A stretch of DNA of 64,000 nucleotides from Puccinia triticina (lineage: Eukaryota), in NCBI GenBank assembly GCA_026914245.1, contig CP110439.1, forward strand, positions 6,882,001-6,946,000, written 5' to 3'. Below the pieces are notes generated by a model. The model did not search any database and was not told the origin of the DNA. It saw nothing but the letters and a program-made list of their open reading frames with translations. Shown in pieces: positions 37,401 to 50,692 of this stretch (within the stretch, counting starts at the first letter, position 1; each line of letters begins with the position of its first letter). Both the position numbers and the translations under genes were made by a program.

Positions 37401-39344
37401 CAATTTTTAGCCATCAGAAATAGGTTTTGAATTATTTCCGCAAGTTTTGCAACAACTTCTTGATCAATTGAGTTGCTTGAGTGTAGTGGATGGAATTGAA
37501 CAAGAAACAGTGTTTTTGTGCCATTATTATTTGTAACAATTAATTGTTTGGAAGTGTATTTAGAAGAATGGATGAGAAATGGCTTTGAAGGGTTGTTGTT
37601 CAGCTGTAAGAAATATGGCTTGATTGGGGGGTCAACCGTCATGGTGAAATACAGATTGCGGATTCTGGGTAGAATTTTGTTGTTTTGTTTTTGACGTTGG
37701 GTAAGCTTGGTGTGGTTTGGGATAATGTTGCCAGTTGGCGAGCAAGATCAACAATATCTAGTAGATTTGTCATCTGGTTGAACACTAGAGTGATGAGCTG
37801 GCGAGCAAGACCAAGAGTATTGATTAGGTTGATCATGTGCACCCGAGGGACCACATTGACCCCTTGGGTGCATATGACTGGTGTGTTGATCAATAGAGTG
37901 ACAAGGCAACATGCGAGAGCAAGGGCGTGGAGTTGGTTCATCATATGCAGCCAAGGGACCCCATTGACCCCTTGGCTGAATATGACTGGTGTGTTGAAAG
38001 GTTGAATAGTGAGCTGGCGAAAAGAAGCCAGGTTTTTTAGCTGAAATCTGGTACCACAAACCTCCAAGCTTGACTTGACACATACTTTCACCCTATTTTC
38101 ATCATTTTTTGGCTCAATTATAGCTGATACCTCCCTTTTTTTTAGGGAAATAGGACAATTCAGGTGGGCCTTTCACATCATTTTAGCCGGTGTGTACGTG
38201 TTGTTGATCTGAAAGAGGCCCAGCCTGCAATTTGTAATAATCTTTTACGCGCACACATCAGGGAAAAATTAGCAAAGTGAAAACAATGAACACCTTCATG
38301 AGCATGTGAATAATATGAATTGAACCAAGAAATCATCTCAATCAACAAATAAGTCAAATTGAGTTATGATTTAATTTTGGCCATTGAAAGATTATGGAGA
38401 ACTGAAATACATTTCTTTTTTAGACATTTCGTTCTTAGGCTTGTAGAGCTAGTTACAAGTATTAGGCAGGTAAATGAGTTTTACCTGAAAGCAGTGTGAG
38501 TGTCCGCCGCTGACTTAAGAGTTGAAAGTAAGAAGTCCTGAGGGCCGTTGTCTACGCGTCACCGTTGTGCCTTTAGCAGCTCGTTCCCGCTTTGATATTT
38601 TAGGGAGTAAGTTTTCTCTTACTTGGCCGGGCTTTACCCTAGCTTGGGCCTTTAGCTGAGGTGGTCCAATAGAGATGCGCCTCCTACGCTTTCTGTTGAA
38701 CATAGTGATGAGCTCAGCATCTCTTTTTACTCAGCCGTTGTTTCTAGCTCAGGACCTTTCCACTTACTTTTCTCATTTCCTGTTTGGTTGGGAGTGTTTG
38801 TGGTTTGGGTCTTGTTCTTGAGTTCTGATGCTGCAAGTAACGCGGTCAAGCATTTAGCCACAACTGATTAGTTAGCTGGACGGTTCACAGTCACTCACCT
38901 GCGGTGTTGGATGTGATCCTGTCCAGCAATGACAATCAACGGTGATTGTCCGTTTTTTTTGATCTTGCTGTCCTTGGTAGATTTACAGCAGGCCAAAAAA
39001 GGCTTGCTACTTTTGCCGCGAACTTGAAACTTTTGGCCGCAGTTGCCAAACTTTGCGCAGCTGAAATTGGCCATGCACGCAGAACGTGCTCAGGGGTTCA
39101 CGGGGGGATCTGCACAAGCAACCACCAGCCACACAGCCAACGCTAATGCAATTGGAAACAGCCAAATCAATCCCGCCCAGGAATCGGACAGTTCTAGTGA
39201 CACATCAAACCCATCAGCTTGGAAAATCCAACCATTCTAATGTAAGTAAGTTTTCTCTTTCCCATCATCCCTCTGTTTGTATCACCACCATCAGATCAAG
39301 CTGATGGCTCTCCACCCGTCACTGTCACCGCAATTCAAACCAGT

Positions 39345-41067
39345 ATGAACACTCAATCACATGAGCGTTCTATCTCTCCATCGGAATACAACAAATGGTT
39401 CCATCACCCTTTGACCTCACCCTTGGAACGCCACGTGCCAACCCTCTTTGACGGAACAAGGCATTTAGTTGAACTACAAGATCGGCGCCGTGAAGGCTTT
39501 GTGAGAAGTCAGTGTAGGCAATTGGTACTGGATCCCTCTATCTTTGGCCCGGCATTGCCGGCAGCAGACCAAGAACAGCGTAGACAATTGGTAATGGATC
39601 CCTCAATATTTGGTGTGGAATTGCCGGCAACAAACCAAGCAAGTGATTGGACTCAGTCTCAACCAGCGTGTACTCAGTCTCATCAAAGCCAGCCTACCAA
39701 CTCTCAGCAAAGCCTGGCAGCTTCACATTCAACTTCGGACAGCCATGAGGTTCCAATTGGTATTGAGTTCACCCTTTACACTCCCATCCGCCCCCCCCCC
39801 CCCCCCGCCTCTTAGCAACCCTTGCAAGCAACGAACAACCCTTCCAAATCTTCCACTATTCAAAAAAATCAATGCAGATGTTGGAAAATTGGTTGTTAAT
39901 TGGGACTCGCACAACTACAACATAAACAGATTCAAGGAGGCCGCAATTTCAACGATTCAAAATGACAAAGAGGAGAGCGCCGGACTCTTTGCCCAGGCAA
40001 AAGAAAATGAAGGGAAGCTCACATGGAACTTGATCATCCCGCATGGGGGCCCCTTTGTTGCAGTCCAGAAAAGACAAATCAACTGTCAGGAAACCTTCAA
40101 GAGATTCCTCTTGGCTGCCGAGGGCGCTTCCGAAACACACCCAATTGTTTTTTGCTTGGTCCAACAAGACCCAACTAGCTTGGCCCAGGTAAGCCGTACT
40201 TTTTTCTTACTTTGTTTCATCAAGTATAATTTTAGCTCACTTTTTGATTCAATTTGTAGGAAGAATCGGCATACAAACACCTCAGGACAACCATGGATAC
40301 CGGTTCAAGTTCTGTGGAAAATCCACTCGCCAATGGCCCATCTCAAGGATTTCAGAATGCCGCCTCTCTGGCCGAATTGATCAGCCAGCTTGAAAGTATT
40401 CAGAAAGCCGCCCCGCACCTCACTGGGAGCCATGAGGGCCACGTCTTCATCAATCCAGCCAACTCAAACAAGTATTTTAATTTGACTGTGGGGTGGGCCA
40501 GTGCGTGGGCCAAAGCAATTGTGAGTCAATATTGGTCTGAGTCTGACCCAATATTTGACTCAAAGCTGACATTGCATAAATTTAAAGCAAAACAATCCTG
40601 GTGAAGTCACTCAGCTGGTTCCGCCTCAGTTGGACCAGATCCAATTCAGGACCGTGGGGGATCTACCTCCACCTCCGGTTTCAGCTCCTGCGCCGGCCGC
40701 TCCAGCCCCAGTCCTCAATCCGTTCAACTGCCCTGGGATGTTCTACAATCCCATGAACATGGGCACCCCAACAAACACAATGAATATGGTCAGCCCAATG
40801 AACATGCCAAGCTCCTTGAACATGTTGGCCCCCTCAGTTCAGTCCCAAGGATCAAGCTCCCTCAACGCCCCAAGGACCCCAACCCCACCAAACAATACTA
40901 GTACAATCACAGAATTCCTCCAATTTGCACATGTTGATCTGAATTCCCCCAAAGTCCAAGGGAGAATGAACACCCTTGGGATCACAAATTGGACAATGTT
41001 CAAGTGGTTTGACGCGCAGGAGCTCCAAAATAAAGGCATCCCCGAAGGTCCGGCCCGATCCATTTGA
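39345..41067 (+). pseudogene. Multi-exon passenger gene of unknown function inside the Tc1 element
   Basis: Consecutive ORFs 39345, 39610, 40293 and 40630 with introns and a frame change at the poly-C run near 39790-39807; helical C-terminus EFLQFAHV...LGITNWTMF...GIPEGPAR. Confidence 0.6.
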
Positions 41068-42139
41068 CAAATTTGGGCTAAATAAAATAGTTTCAGTAAG
41101 ACAATAAAAATAAAGAAAATATGATTTAAGAAAGTGAAATAGTTTTTACCTAAATAAAACAGGAACAAGGTTGTGGATGAGAGCTATGAGAGAAACCAGA
41201 AATACAAAAACTAGGACTTTGAGACTAATCAGGTAAAAAGGTAATCAGATAAAATAATACCACAACAGTCAACAGGAATCAAAAATGAAAATATAAGAAC
41301 CTAAGAATAGCCAGCCTAGATTGAGTGACCTTGACAAGTGAAACGCGGTGTACGACAATATGGTTGATGATTTGATGAGCCGCAAGTGAAGTGGGAGTCA
41401 AGATGAGGAAAGGAAAATTGAAGTGGCGGTCAACAGCCTCGGAAGAGGACGGTCAACTGCTCCAGAAATGCAGTATTGCCACTCGGAGTTCTTGATGTCA
41501 TAAGTAAAAGTTGTACCGTTACCGCACCGCACAAGCCGTAAACCGTAGGACCGTAGAGCAACACATTGAGACCTTCAGATCCCAACATCATTGCATTCTC
41601 AGCCAAAAAGTATGCTCATCACTTGATGAGAGGGTCTAGAAACCAGTGAGTATAAAAGCATTATAGTAGTTTTTCCACCAATCAAGTCTCAAGTCTCCCC
41701 TTTTTTCATTGGTATCTTTTCTTTTCATTTTCAATCATGTTTAAACCACTTTTTTTTTTTCCCCAAGTCATTCTTTCCTCATGTATTATTTTTATTATTT
41801 AAAGTTGAATTGGAATTACATACACTCATTTGCATTCCTCACCGAGTAATTTGGCACACCATGAGCAGTAATTCATATTGGAAGGCAAAAATTGAGTGAC
41901 GACTTGGCGCACAAGCAACTCAGCAATTTCTGAACTTGATTGTTTCATTTTTTTTATTCAATTTCACCGCCGGGGAAGAGAGAAAAAAATACAACATGTT
42001 TTTTTATTTGATGTCATGTTGGAAAACAAGTGAGGGGAAGAGAGACAAAAATACAACTATTCCAGATGAGAGACAAGATCAAGAGGTGGAAATTCTAAAG
42101 TTATCTTCAGTCAGAGTATCCTGAGCCTTGGAATAGGCT

Positions 42140-43224
42140 TCACATGAGCTTGGCGGTGAAGGTAATCCTAGTAAAAGCCTCAATCTGCTCGCCATCTGTT
42201 TTGCAGCCGTCAAGTTCGCCATATTGTCTTAAATTGGCCTTTAAGACACTGAAAGCCTTTTTGATTTGGTTCATGTTGGGTGAGTAGGCGGGAAGATAGA
42301 CCAGATGACAGTCACACTCCTGGACAAGCTCCTCAATTTGGCCATTGTGATGGATTTGTGCATTATCCATCACTATTACACTACGGGGTCCTGGGAATGA
42401 GTTCATGTTGGGAAGCTTCAAAAGGAAGGTCATCAGAATGAGAGAGAGATGAGATGAGATGAGATGAGATGAGGAGGAAAAAAACTTACTAAAACATGCT
42501 CTAAGTAATGCTCAAAATCAACACGCTTGACGGTTTCTGACTGAATTGCATTTGCAACCAGACCACTGAGGGCCACAGTAGGAATCAAGTTGAACCGGTG
42601 TGTTGCCCGTGCCACCGGAAGTCTTGAAGTCCTCTTGCCAACTGGGGCCCAACTGCGGGTACGAATGACACCGTCCAGACACACCCCACTTTCATCTGTC
42701 AGGGAGAATCTTTTGTAAGCCAACGGCCAAAGCTTGGATAAAAGGGGGAGCAGAAGGAACATACCAGTGAATACAAGGCATTCAGGATTGTAATCGGCCA
42801 TCAGGAGAATGTAATGAGCTCTCTGGATTGGGTATTGATGAGGATTCACCTTCCTCATTGTCTTTTGACTCATGCAGAGGCAATGGTGAAGCTTGTTTGA
42901 TATCGTTTGTAAAGACACTTGAGTATTGCGTTCCTCAAGTAACACCTCCTGGATTTCTTCTAGGTAGATGGTTGGGTTTCCAGTGACTATCCCAAATAGA
43001 AATGCACGTTCTTCACCATCAAGAGCTAAGGGTCAACCAATGGTTTGATAGGTTGCCGGATCGGCGACAACAGCCTGGGTTGTTTCATATAACACACACC
43101 AGCGTCGCAGGGAATCAGAGCTGATGTCTGATCCATTTGAGAGATTGATTTCAGCTAATGTCTTCCCCACAAGGGCGGCCCGAACCACGGTGTATTTGAA
43201 AGATGCCGTATACGGGACAAACAT
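42140..43224 (-). pseudogene. Tc1-family transposase, decayed
   Basis: LVFT/DES, VIVMDNAQIHH and YLPAYSPNMNQIKKAF; the third catalytic E is replaced by K, with 34 residues between it and the second D; stops present. Confidence 0.88.
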
Positions 43225-44697
43225 TGGACCTAGAGAAGACAATTACTGTCAGCAATGGGGTACTTGAAAAGATAAGATTAATCTGGTGGTGATGAAGGTG
43301 GCAGTGGAGGTGGTTCACGTGTTTTAGATAGGTCGGATTATGGGATCAATTTGATGCAGCACTGGAACGTTCTGATTGCTGGGTAGGATTGATCTGACTT
43401 ATTCCAACTGCCATGGGGGTGAGTGCAGTATTTCAGCAGGAGACTTGACAGAAGCACAGAGAACCACAGAAAGAACACTTACATGTGCTGGATTGGCCAA
43501 TGGGATTGACTCAATGCTGCACTGGATGGATCATTCCAATTGTTGTCAGCCATCTGTTCCTTTTTGGAAATATCCTCATGAAATTGTAACCGCAATAGCT
43601 TGCATGCCGTTCCATCCGCATATGCTTGATTGGGTCCGCCATACAAGCGGTGGACAGCATAACAATTGAGTTGGGGCAAGTGTGAATTGGACTTACCAGG
43701 GGTTGCAACCCGGTTATGATTCAGAGCAAGCAGAAATGGAAGCAAGACCGGCAGCCAATCGTTCCAATTGCTGGGCGGGATCAATTTGTCTGGTTCCAAT
43801 CACAGTTGTGGTGGCCTTGACGTTGGTTTTGGCGGTGGTGGGTAATGGGTGTAGTGGGTAGTGGGTCGAGGGCAGTGGTTGGCGGTCGGATGCATTGGTG
43901 GCAGGCTACACTGGGATCCCCCAAGCACAGTCCGCGCGCACAGCCAATTTCAGCTGCGCAAAGTTTGGCAACTGCGGCCAAAAGTTTCAAGTTTGCGGCA
44001 AAAGTAGCAAGCATTTTTGGGCCTGCTGTACCTGCTATCATCAGAGTAGATGAAGTCAGTTTTCCATCTCCGCGGGCAGCTTGGGCTACGGAAAGAGGTT
44101 TTCTTTGCTTACCTGATTCCGCAGCTTTTGTGGTTCACGGTGCTTTCCTTAGATTGCGCCGTTTGCCAAGGTCTGTATTCTTACAGCCATTATGTCTTAG
44201 TGGTTTCAACCGTGTTCTGATTGAGTTTTGATTGAGTTCTGCATGACTTCTTGATGATTTATGGATGAGTCCAGGATCAGTTTCAGAACAGTTGTGGATG
44301 AGTTCAATCATTTTTGATTATTTCTTACACTACTTTCACCAAAAGCATCCAGCACGGTTCCGTAAAAAGAGTATGGTATGGCACTCTCTGGAGAGTGCAC
44401 CAAATCACCCCTGGTGTGAATGAATTCAGAAAATCTCCTCAAAAGGATTTCTGCACTGATGGATGAAAATCAGATACAATTATTAAAGGATTTGGCTAAT
44501 TCACCCCTGGGATTGCGGGGCACTCATCTTGGCATGATATGGCTGGGTGATGGTGTATGTGTCACACAAAAGTGCGCGTGTACATTTGTGTGACGCAATG
44601 TGTCACAGAAAACCGCACAGGTTACATGGTTTTGTGACAGTTGGCCCCACAGAGCCAAAGTCAAACCATAGTACCAGAGCAAAATCAGACCTCCCCC

Positions 44698-45621
44698 TAG
44701 AGCTGACACTTTGCACCCGTGTATCTGCGGCGGGTGTGGGTACCTGCCTGAATTTTGACCCAGAATGGACACCCACACCCGTACTCAGCACCTGCTGGCA
44801 GTTACCTGCAACTTCCATGGGTACCCGCTGTTGAGGGTAATTTGAGCACTTATGCATTTTGGATATGCATTATGTAAATGCAATTGTGGAGGCTGGGTAT
44901 TTCTGAACTTGCAAACTCTGAAGTTTCTTTTTCTCTTGGCTTTCTTGCTTACAACCACTTGAGTCAATCGGAATCAAGTGCAAGAAGATCAAGACTCCAA
45001 AAGCCCTAGTGACTCAAGAACCAGAAGTACAGAATAACTATCACCTCAAGTCGTCAACTAAACATTAACACATTACATTCTTTGAATCAACTCAGCTCAT
45101 TCAAGTTGGTTTAGGAGGAGTAACATCAAGTAAACACATTAGGAGTAAAATGTGTTGGTTTCTTTTATCTCTAATTTTTAATAACTGTTTTCTTTCCACT
45201 AAATCCACATTGTTTCTAGTTATTTGTTCTTTAGTTTTGAGTTCTTTTCATTGTTGTTGTTATTGTGTTCAGTTTCCTTGTTTAGGATATTATCTCTATC
45301 CAGTTCGTCGTTTTTTCTTTTCACTCATGGTTGTTTCTTTTAGGTCTCATTTTGATTTATGATTATTTTCATTGTTTAGATTTCTATTACTACTGTTTAA
45401 AAATAAAATCCAAGATTTACAACAAAGAGTCTCAACATCACATCATACCCGCCAATGGGCACTAGGGGCAAGCAGGGCTGTGCAGAATGGTGATTTGTGC
45501 GCGGGTACCTGACTGAATTTGGATCCAGACTGTACACCCGCACCTGCACCCAGCGGATACCTGCGCACTTCCACGGGTACCCGCCCATGTACGCGCCAAC
45601 GGGTACTAGGGACCAGCTCTA
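44698..45621. mobile_element. hAT-like MITE
   Basis: TAGAGCTGAC / GACCAGCTCTA; 8-bp TSD CCTCCCCC versus CCTCCCAC; CACCCG/CGGGTA repeats. Confidence 0.78.
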
Positions 45622-45679
45622 CCTCCCACAGTATCACTACACTCCATCCAAAGTTTTAACCATGTGTAATAGAAACAAC

Positions 45680-46270
45680 TTAGAGATGGCCAAACAGGTC
45701 CAGGTACCCGCAATGGGTGTGAGTTCTTGCTGTGAATTTCTCCAATTTTGGACACCCAGACCCAGACACAGCACCCGCCAACGGGTACCAGCAGTACTTG
45801 AGGTGGGTACTGCGGTTACCGCACTGGTGACCGATTGAGTGGGGTATGTACACACCCCTCTTGATGGCCGGTCATTGAGCGCAGTACACACCCCTCTTGA
45901 TGACTGCACATTGAGCGGGGTGCACATCCCACTCGGTGACCGGCAATTGAGTGGGATGCACACTCAACCCAATGACCGGCCATTGAGTGGGGTTGTAGGC
46001 CGGTCATCAAGCAGAGTACACACCCTGCTCAGTGGCCGGCCATTGTGATCACCCCACTTGATGTCCGGTCATTGTGTGGGATGTGGAGGTGTGTACTCCG
46101 CTCAACAATGGCCGGTCATCAAGGGTGTGTACTCCACTCCATGACCGTTCATTGAGTGGGGTGTGTACTTGGTGACCGGTCAATGGTCATCAAGTGCGCA
46201 TCCCACTTGATGGCTGGTCATGGAGTGCACCGGCCATTGAGTGAGATGTGTGTCCCGCTTGATGTCCGGT
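45680..46270. mobile_element. Truncated hAT-like MITE with a palindromic array (45828-46270)
   Basis: TAGAGATGGCC terminus and GGTACC motifs; CCGGTCATTGAG...GTACAC...CTTGATGACCGG units. Confidence 0.6.
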
Positions 46271-46972
46271 ATGGAGCTTTGACCGGTGCTAGGCCGGCGA
46301 AAGCGCTGGGAGGGGAAAAGATGCCTGGTGGCTGCCCTCACGGATTGGTCCTGAAGGAGTCGTGCGGATTCAAAGTGATAGCTTGTGTGGAGGTGGTTTT
46401 GATTTTGTTTTGCCGGGGTTTGGATCCTCGGCGGCGGTTTGGTTTTGTTGAGAAAGGATTCTTGATGAGAATTGGACTCCTTGGATGCTGGACTCTGGGC
46501 TCTTGATCTTCTAGACTTGTGATGGCGGATCAGAATGCCATGCCTCTCCCCTCCTCCAAGTTCCGCAAACTTGGACTCGGGGAGACAACATGTCACATAC
46601 ATTTCATCATCTCCTTGCGCGCCGTTGTGGTGATTTATGTAGGCGAGCGCGGTAGAATGTCCACGCGGGGATAGTGCGGGCGGGGAATGCACAAAGCTGC
46701 TCAGGCAGAGTGCATTCCGGTGACATAAGCACTGAGGATGAGGTCAGGAAAGCACGCTAGGAAAGCTTACGGAAAGTCACGCGCGGATTGGAATGCACGA
46801 ATTGCGGATTGCGGATTGCGGATTTCGGATTGGGTATTTGGATTGGAGCGGAAAAGACAGGGCTGGACTGCGGCGGGACTACACACGTGGACTGGTAGCA
46901 GCGGCGCGTCAGCGGGTGAGCCATGACAGCCAGAGCGGGTTCCACCAGCGGGTGGAACCGGGGTGAAGGCGG

Positions 46973-47187
46973 TGTTGAGTTGTATGTTAGTCTGCTACCA
47001 TGATGTATCACCACAGTATGGAGGGCTGTTGGATTGACCCATGAGCACTACCAACCAACCACCCAGCTGGCAGCCACAAGCGTCTGTAGCCTAGTTGGTA
47101 AAGGCAGCACTCTAGTATGTGTCTCAGCATAGCTGAGGTCGTGAGTTCGACTCTCACCAGACACATCTTCATTTTACAGTCTCTACA
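46973..47187 (+). mobile_element. 215-bp solo LTR containing a tRNA-like gene
   Basis: TGTTGAG...CTCTACA with a perfect 5-bp TSD GGCGG; second copy at 63147-63361. Confidence 0.85.
47080..47165 (+). tRNA. tRNA-like sequence (pseudo-tRNA; possible intron; apparent CTA anticodon)
   Basis: Acceptor GCGTCTG/CAGACAC, D arm GCCT-AGTTGGTAA-AGGC, T arm GTGAG-TTCGACT-CTCAC, TTTT downstream. The anticodon stem is imperfect. Confidence 0.55.
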
Positions 47188-48887
47188 GGCGGTGGCAAGA
47201 GAACGACTGACGGGGGCTAGACAGAGGATGGTGGGAGGACAAGCGTCGGAGAGGAGCGGAGTCTGGGAGAGTGACGAGCGGGATAGCGGGTGGATCTGGA
47301 GGACTAGTGCGGGAAAGTGTCAGGTGTGCGGGATCGGGTGGGAACGGTGACATGCGTGGAGGGAAGGACAGGGGTGGCTCAGGGTTTTTTCTCTCTTTTC
47401 ATCATCCTATGATCTTTATCCTAGGGAATTATTACGGATTTCACTCATCATTGTACTTACAACTACGGACATACGAGAGTTATTGGGAGATTATCTGTGT
47501 TCTTATTCTTATTGGAGAGTTACTGCGGATTCTTGTGCTTACGAAGTGCGGAGCTTTATTCACTTGCGGATTATTACGCTATAGATCAGGCTCAGTAGAG
47601 GAGCGCTGAAGGCTAGCGGAAAGTAGCAGTGCGGAGCCGAGTTACCAACAATCACACAGCCCGGACATCAATATTCTTGAAGAAGGCGGTCAGCGGACAT
47701 TCTTCACCAGTTGTACCAGCTTTCTTTCTCACACCGTGCACGCGCAACACAACAAACACAAAGAAAATCATAAAAGAAAACAGACCAGCAACACTCAACA
47801 GAAGAAAGACAAGAAAAGAAACCAGCCACAGAACAATCACAAAATGAGAAACAGAAAACCAGAACAGAGAGAGGAGGAGAAGGCACCAAACCAGAAAGAA
47901 GCAGAGAGAGAAGGAAAGGAATCAGAACCAAACAAATAAACCCACAGTACAAACTGTGTTAGGACCAAGAAAATAAAAGAGTCTTGAGGGGGGGGGGGAA
48001 AGGAAATAAGAAGGAAGTGAGAAATCAGGAAAAGAAAGGGGAAGGGGAAATAGCCTGAGGACCTTGAGCGCTGAGAGTCTTGATCTTGAGTTTTGAGGCT
48101 TGAGGCTGAGTCTTGGACCTTGAGAGAAGCGCCAGTGAGATTGAAGACTGAAACCAAATTTGACTACAGTTTTGTCCACCACATCCCACCACCACTTACA
48201 GTCTGTCCCTAGACTGTGCGGTCTCCGCCGAAGATCCCATTGAACCAAGCTGAAGAAAAGAAGCAAAAGGGGACTCGCGGGTGGCTCACGAGAGTGGCGA
48301 ATGTAGAGCTTACAACAAACTTTTGGTAGTAGATACCCAAGGTGCATACCGAGGAGGGGGAACTTACTTTTGGTCTCCAATGCCCCCACGAGGAAAATAT
48401 TGCTTGACCTGGTCCGCCGCAAACCGGCGTTTGAGCTCCGTGCCGTCGAGCTCGGCAAGAACATAAGAACCGCCTGAAACTTGCTCAACAATCCGATAAG
48501 GTCCGTTCCATTTGTGGGCGAAAAGCTGCCCCCACTGGACTTCCAAAGACCGGTTATACGCCAACACCAGGTCTCCAGGATCAAGGGGTCTGCGAAGTTG
48601 ACTAGAGTGCTTGTCCTCCCAATAGCGGATGGACTTGGCCCGTGATTTCATCATTCTCTTGTACGCCACTGCCCGCGCCTCTTTGCTGCGCTCGAGCTGC
48701 CGGGAGCGCGCCACTAGTAAATCAGAAGTACTGCGCACCTCCTCCCAATCGACCCCAAGAAAAGATTCTATGTCCAAATCTATCGGAAGAGCGGCACACT
48801 GACCAAACACCAACTCGTAAGGGGAGTAGCCCGTCGTGCGCTTGGTTGAGATACGGTCGGCAAACAAAACCAACGGCAGGAACTTCC

Positions 48888-49429
48888 TGTTGAATTTCAG
48901 TCTTGTTCCTCCTCATCCCCAAAATCCCTACACTATTTCCTCACACCATTCCATCCTTTTTTATCCTCCTCTATGGGCTTGTTTTCAGATCAAAGTTATC
49001 CAACACTTATGTTGCCCCCTCTCTATGTGGTCTGTCTTTTATCCTTGGTCATGCTTCTCTCTTACTATCTTGTAGACATTGATCCCTGATTAGAATAGAG
49101 TATGTATTAGCTTTCCAGGTTACTGCTTATCCTCTAGATTGCGCGCTTCTCTGATGGGGATAATAATGTACCTTTTGACATGTCACAATGAGTTTGAGAA
49201 GTTTCTTATTCAATATTCCTTTTTATTCATTATTATTCTCACCCACATTTTGACCACATGTACATAGACTACTTATATGGTGCTAGATACATGTGAATCA
49301 AAACCATTGGTTCTCTCCCTCTTTTTCCGCCCTTGAGCCGATCCAGTGAGAAAACCCTCCTCTCACTGTCCAGAATATTCTTGCCGCATCTCCGCCCCCT
49401 TTTTGGGTTCTCCGGTCGAAATCTCAACA
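48888..49429. mobile_element. Solo LTR, 542 bp, inserted in the Gypsy integrase
   Basis: TGTTGA...TCAACA with TSD CTTCC. Confidence 0.88.
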
Positions 49430-50692
49430 CTTCCGACAGTTCTTACCTGACTCTCCCGCTAACTTGACCAGCGCGGACTTAAGGGGTGCATGCCCGCGCT
49501 CGACCATACCTTGAGCTTCGGGATAGTACGGTGTCGAGACCCGATGCTGGCCCGGTAAAGCTCTGAGCATCTCTGCCAGAGCCCCGCCAAACTCTGAGCC
49601 CCCGTCAGTCGAATAGGAGCGCGCTAGACCGTACCGCATGGTCCAGTGCTCTTGCAGAAAAGCCGCAACCGCCTCCGAGGTGATGTTGTTGAGGAATTTG
49701 GCCTCAACCCAACCCGAGAAGTCGTCGCGGGCCACGATTAGATACTTGGCTGCGCTGGCTTTGATGTGAACAACATCCATAGAAACTCTTCCAAACAAAG
49801 TGTCCTCGCCCATCGGGTAGCGCACTTCCGTCGGCCGGCGCAGGTCGCGCTTCTGACAGGCTTCGCAGCTGCGGCACCAGAGCTGGACCGCTTTCTTGAG
49901 ACTTGGCCACCAGAACCGATCGGGCGATATGTTTCTGCGGTGCCTCGATGACCGAGGTCTTCGTGCAAGCGCTGAAGAATTTCCTCCTGCTTGCTCGGAG
50001 TAGTGATCACGATCCGTGGCAGCGGGCTTCCCCTTCGCAGGAGACGACCCCCTTGAACAAAGAAGTCCGCTGCCTTCCTTCTTAAAGCCTGAAACGAAGC
50101 TGAATCCATGTCTGTGGGTCGGGCGAATGTCTTGAGGTACTCCTCCAGTTGTCGCCAGAAACCTTCCTGATAGCCCGTGTACGCCGGAGCTGCCTCGGCT
50201 GAGAAAGAGGTCAGCGGCCTAATGAGCGGCGCCTCCTCGTCAAATTCTGACGCGGGTGGATCCGACTCGTCGTCTCCCTGCGGCCGACGGGAAAGCCCAT
50301 CCAGCATCGTGAACGATTTGCCGGGGCGGTGAGAGATGTTGAAAGAGAACAAATGGATGAAAGCGACCCATCGCGTCATCGGGGCGTTGGGTAGGCTTGG
50401 CGCGTTGATCATCTGAATGAGAGACTGGGCGTCGACGAGGAGCTCGAAATGTTGCCCCCACAGAACATTTTGAAGCTTCTTGAGAATGCGGGCTACACTG
50501 CACAGCTCAAGTTTGGGTTGTGAATATCAAGACTCGACGTTAGAAAATAACAAGGACTCGTATAACACGGGCCTATCTAACCCGTTGGCATCCTCCTGCG
50601 TAAGGACGGCTCCCACCGCATGAAAGCTGGAATCCACAGCAAGCGTGAGACATCCCGCTGCTGGACCGTAATTCACCTTCACCAGCACTATG

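Larger units (their letters stand above)
35232..38105 (-). pseudogene. TET/JBP-like 2OG-Fe(II) dioxygenase pseudogene, interrupted by a MITE
   Basis: GKMQGIGFR...G.Y, HxD motif (NDKHMD), distal H (KHHT), and T-H-FGSS where R is expected. The frame continues across the MITE as MAKN*QDIK. Confidence 0.68.
38986..44028 (-). mobile_element. Tc1/mariner (DD34E-type) DNA transposon, ~5 kb, with a passenger gene
   Basis: TIRs of ~90 bp (CAGCAGGCC...), TA TSD, transposase inside. Confidence 0.9.
38385..44185. mobile_element. Solo LTR interrupted by a Tc1 element
   Basis: TGAAAGATTATGGAGAACTGAAATAC ... TCTGTATTCTTACA with 5-bp TSD GCCAT. Confidence 0.8.
46591..47650 (-). repeat. Probable Gypsy LTR, boundaries approximate
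   Basis: TGTCACA start; a PBS-like stretch and a decayed ATG ORF follow on the minus strand; lies downstream of the Gypsy pol. Confidence 0.4.
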
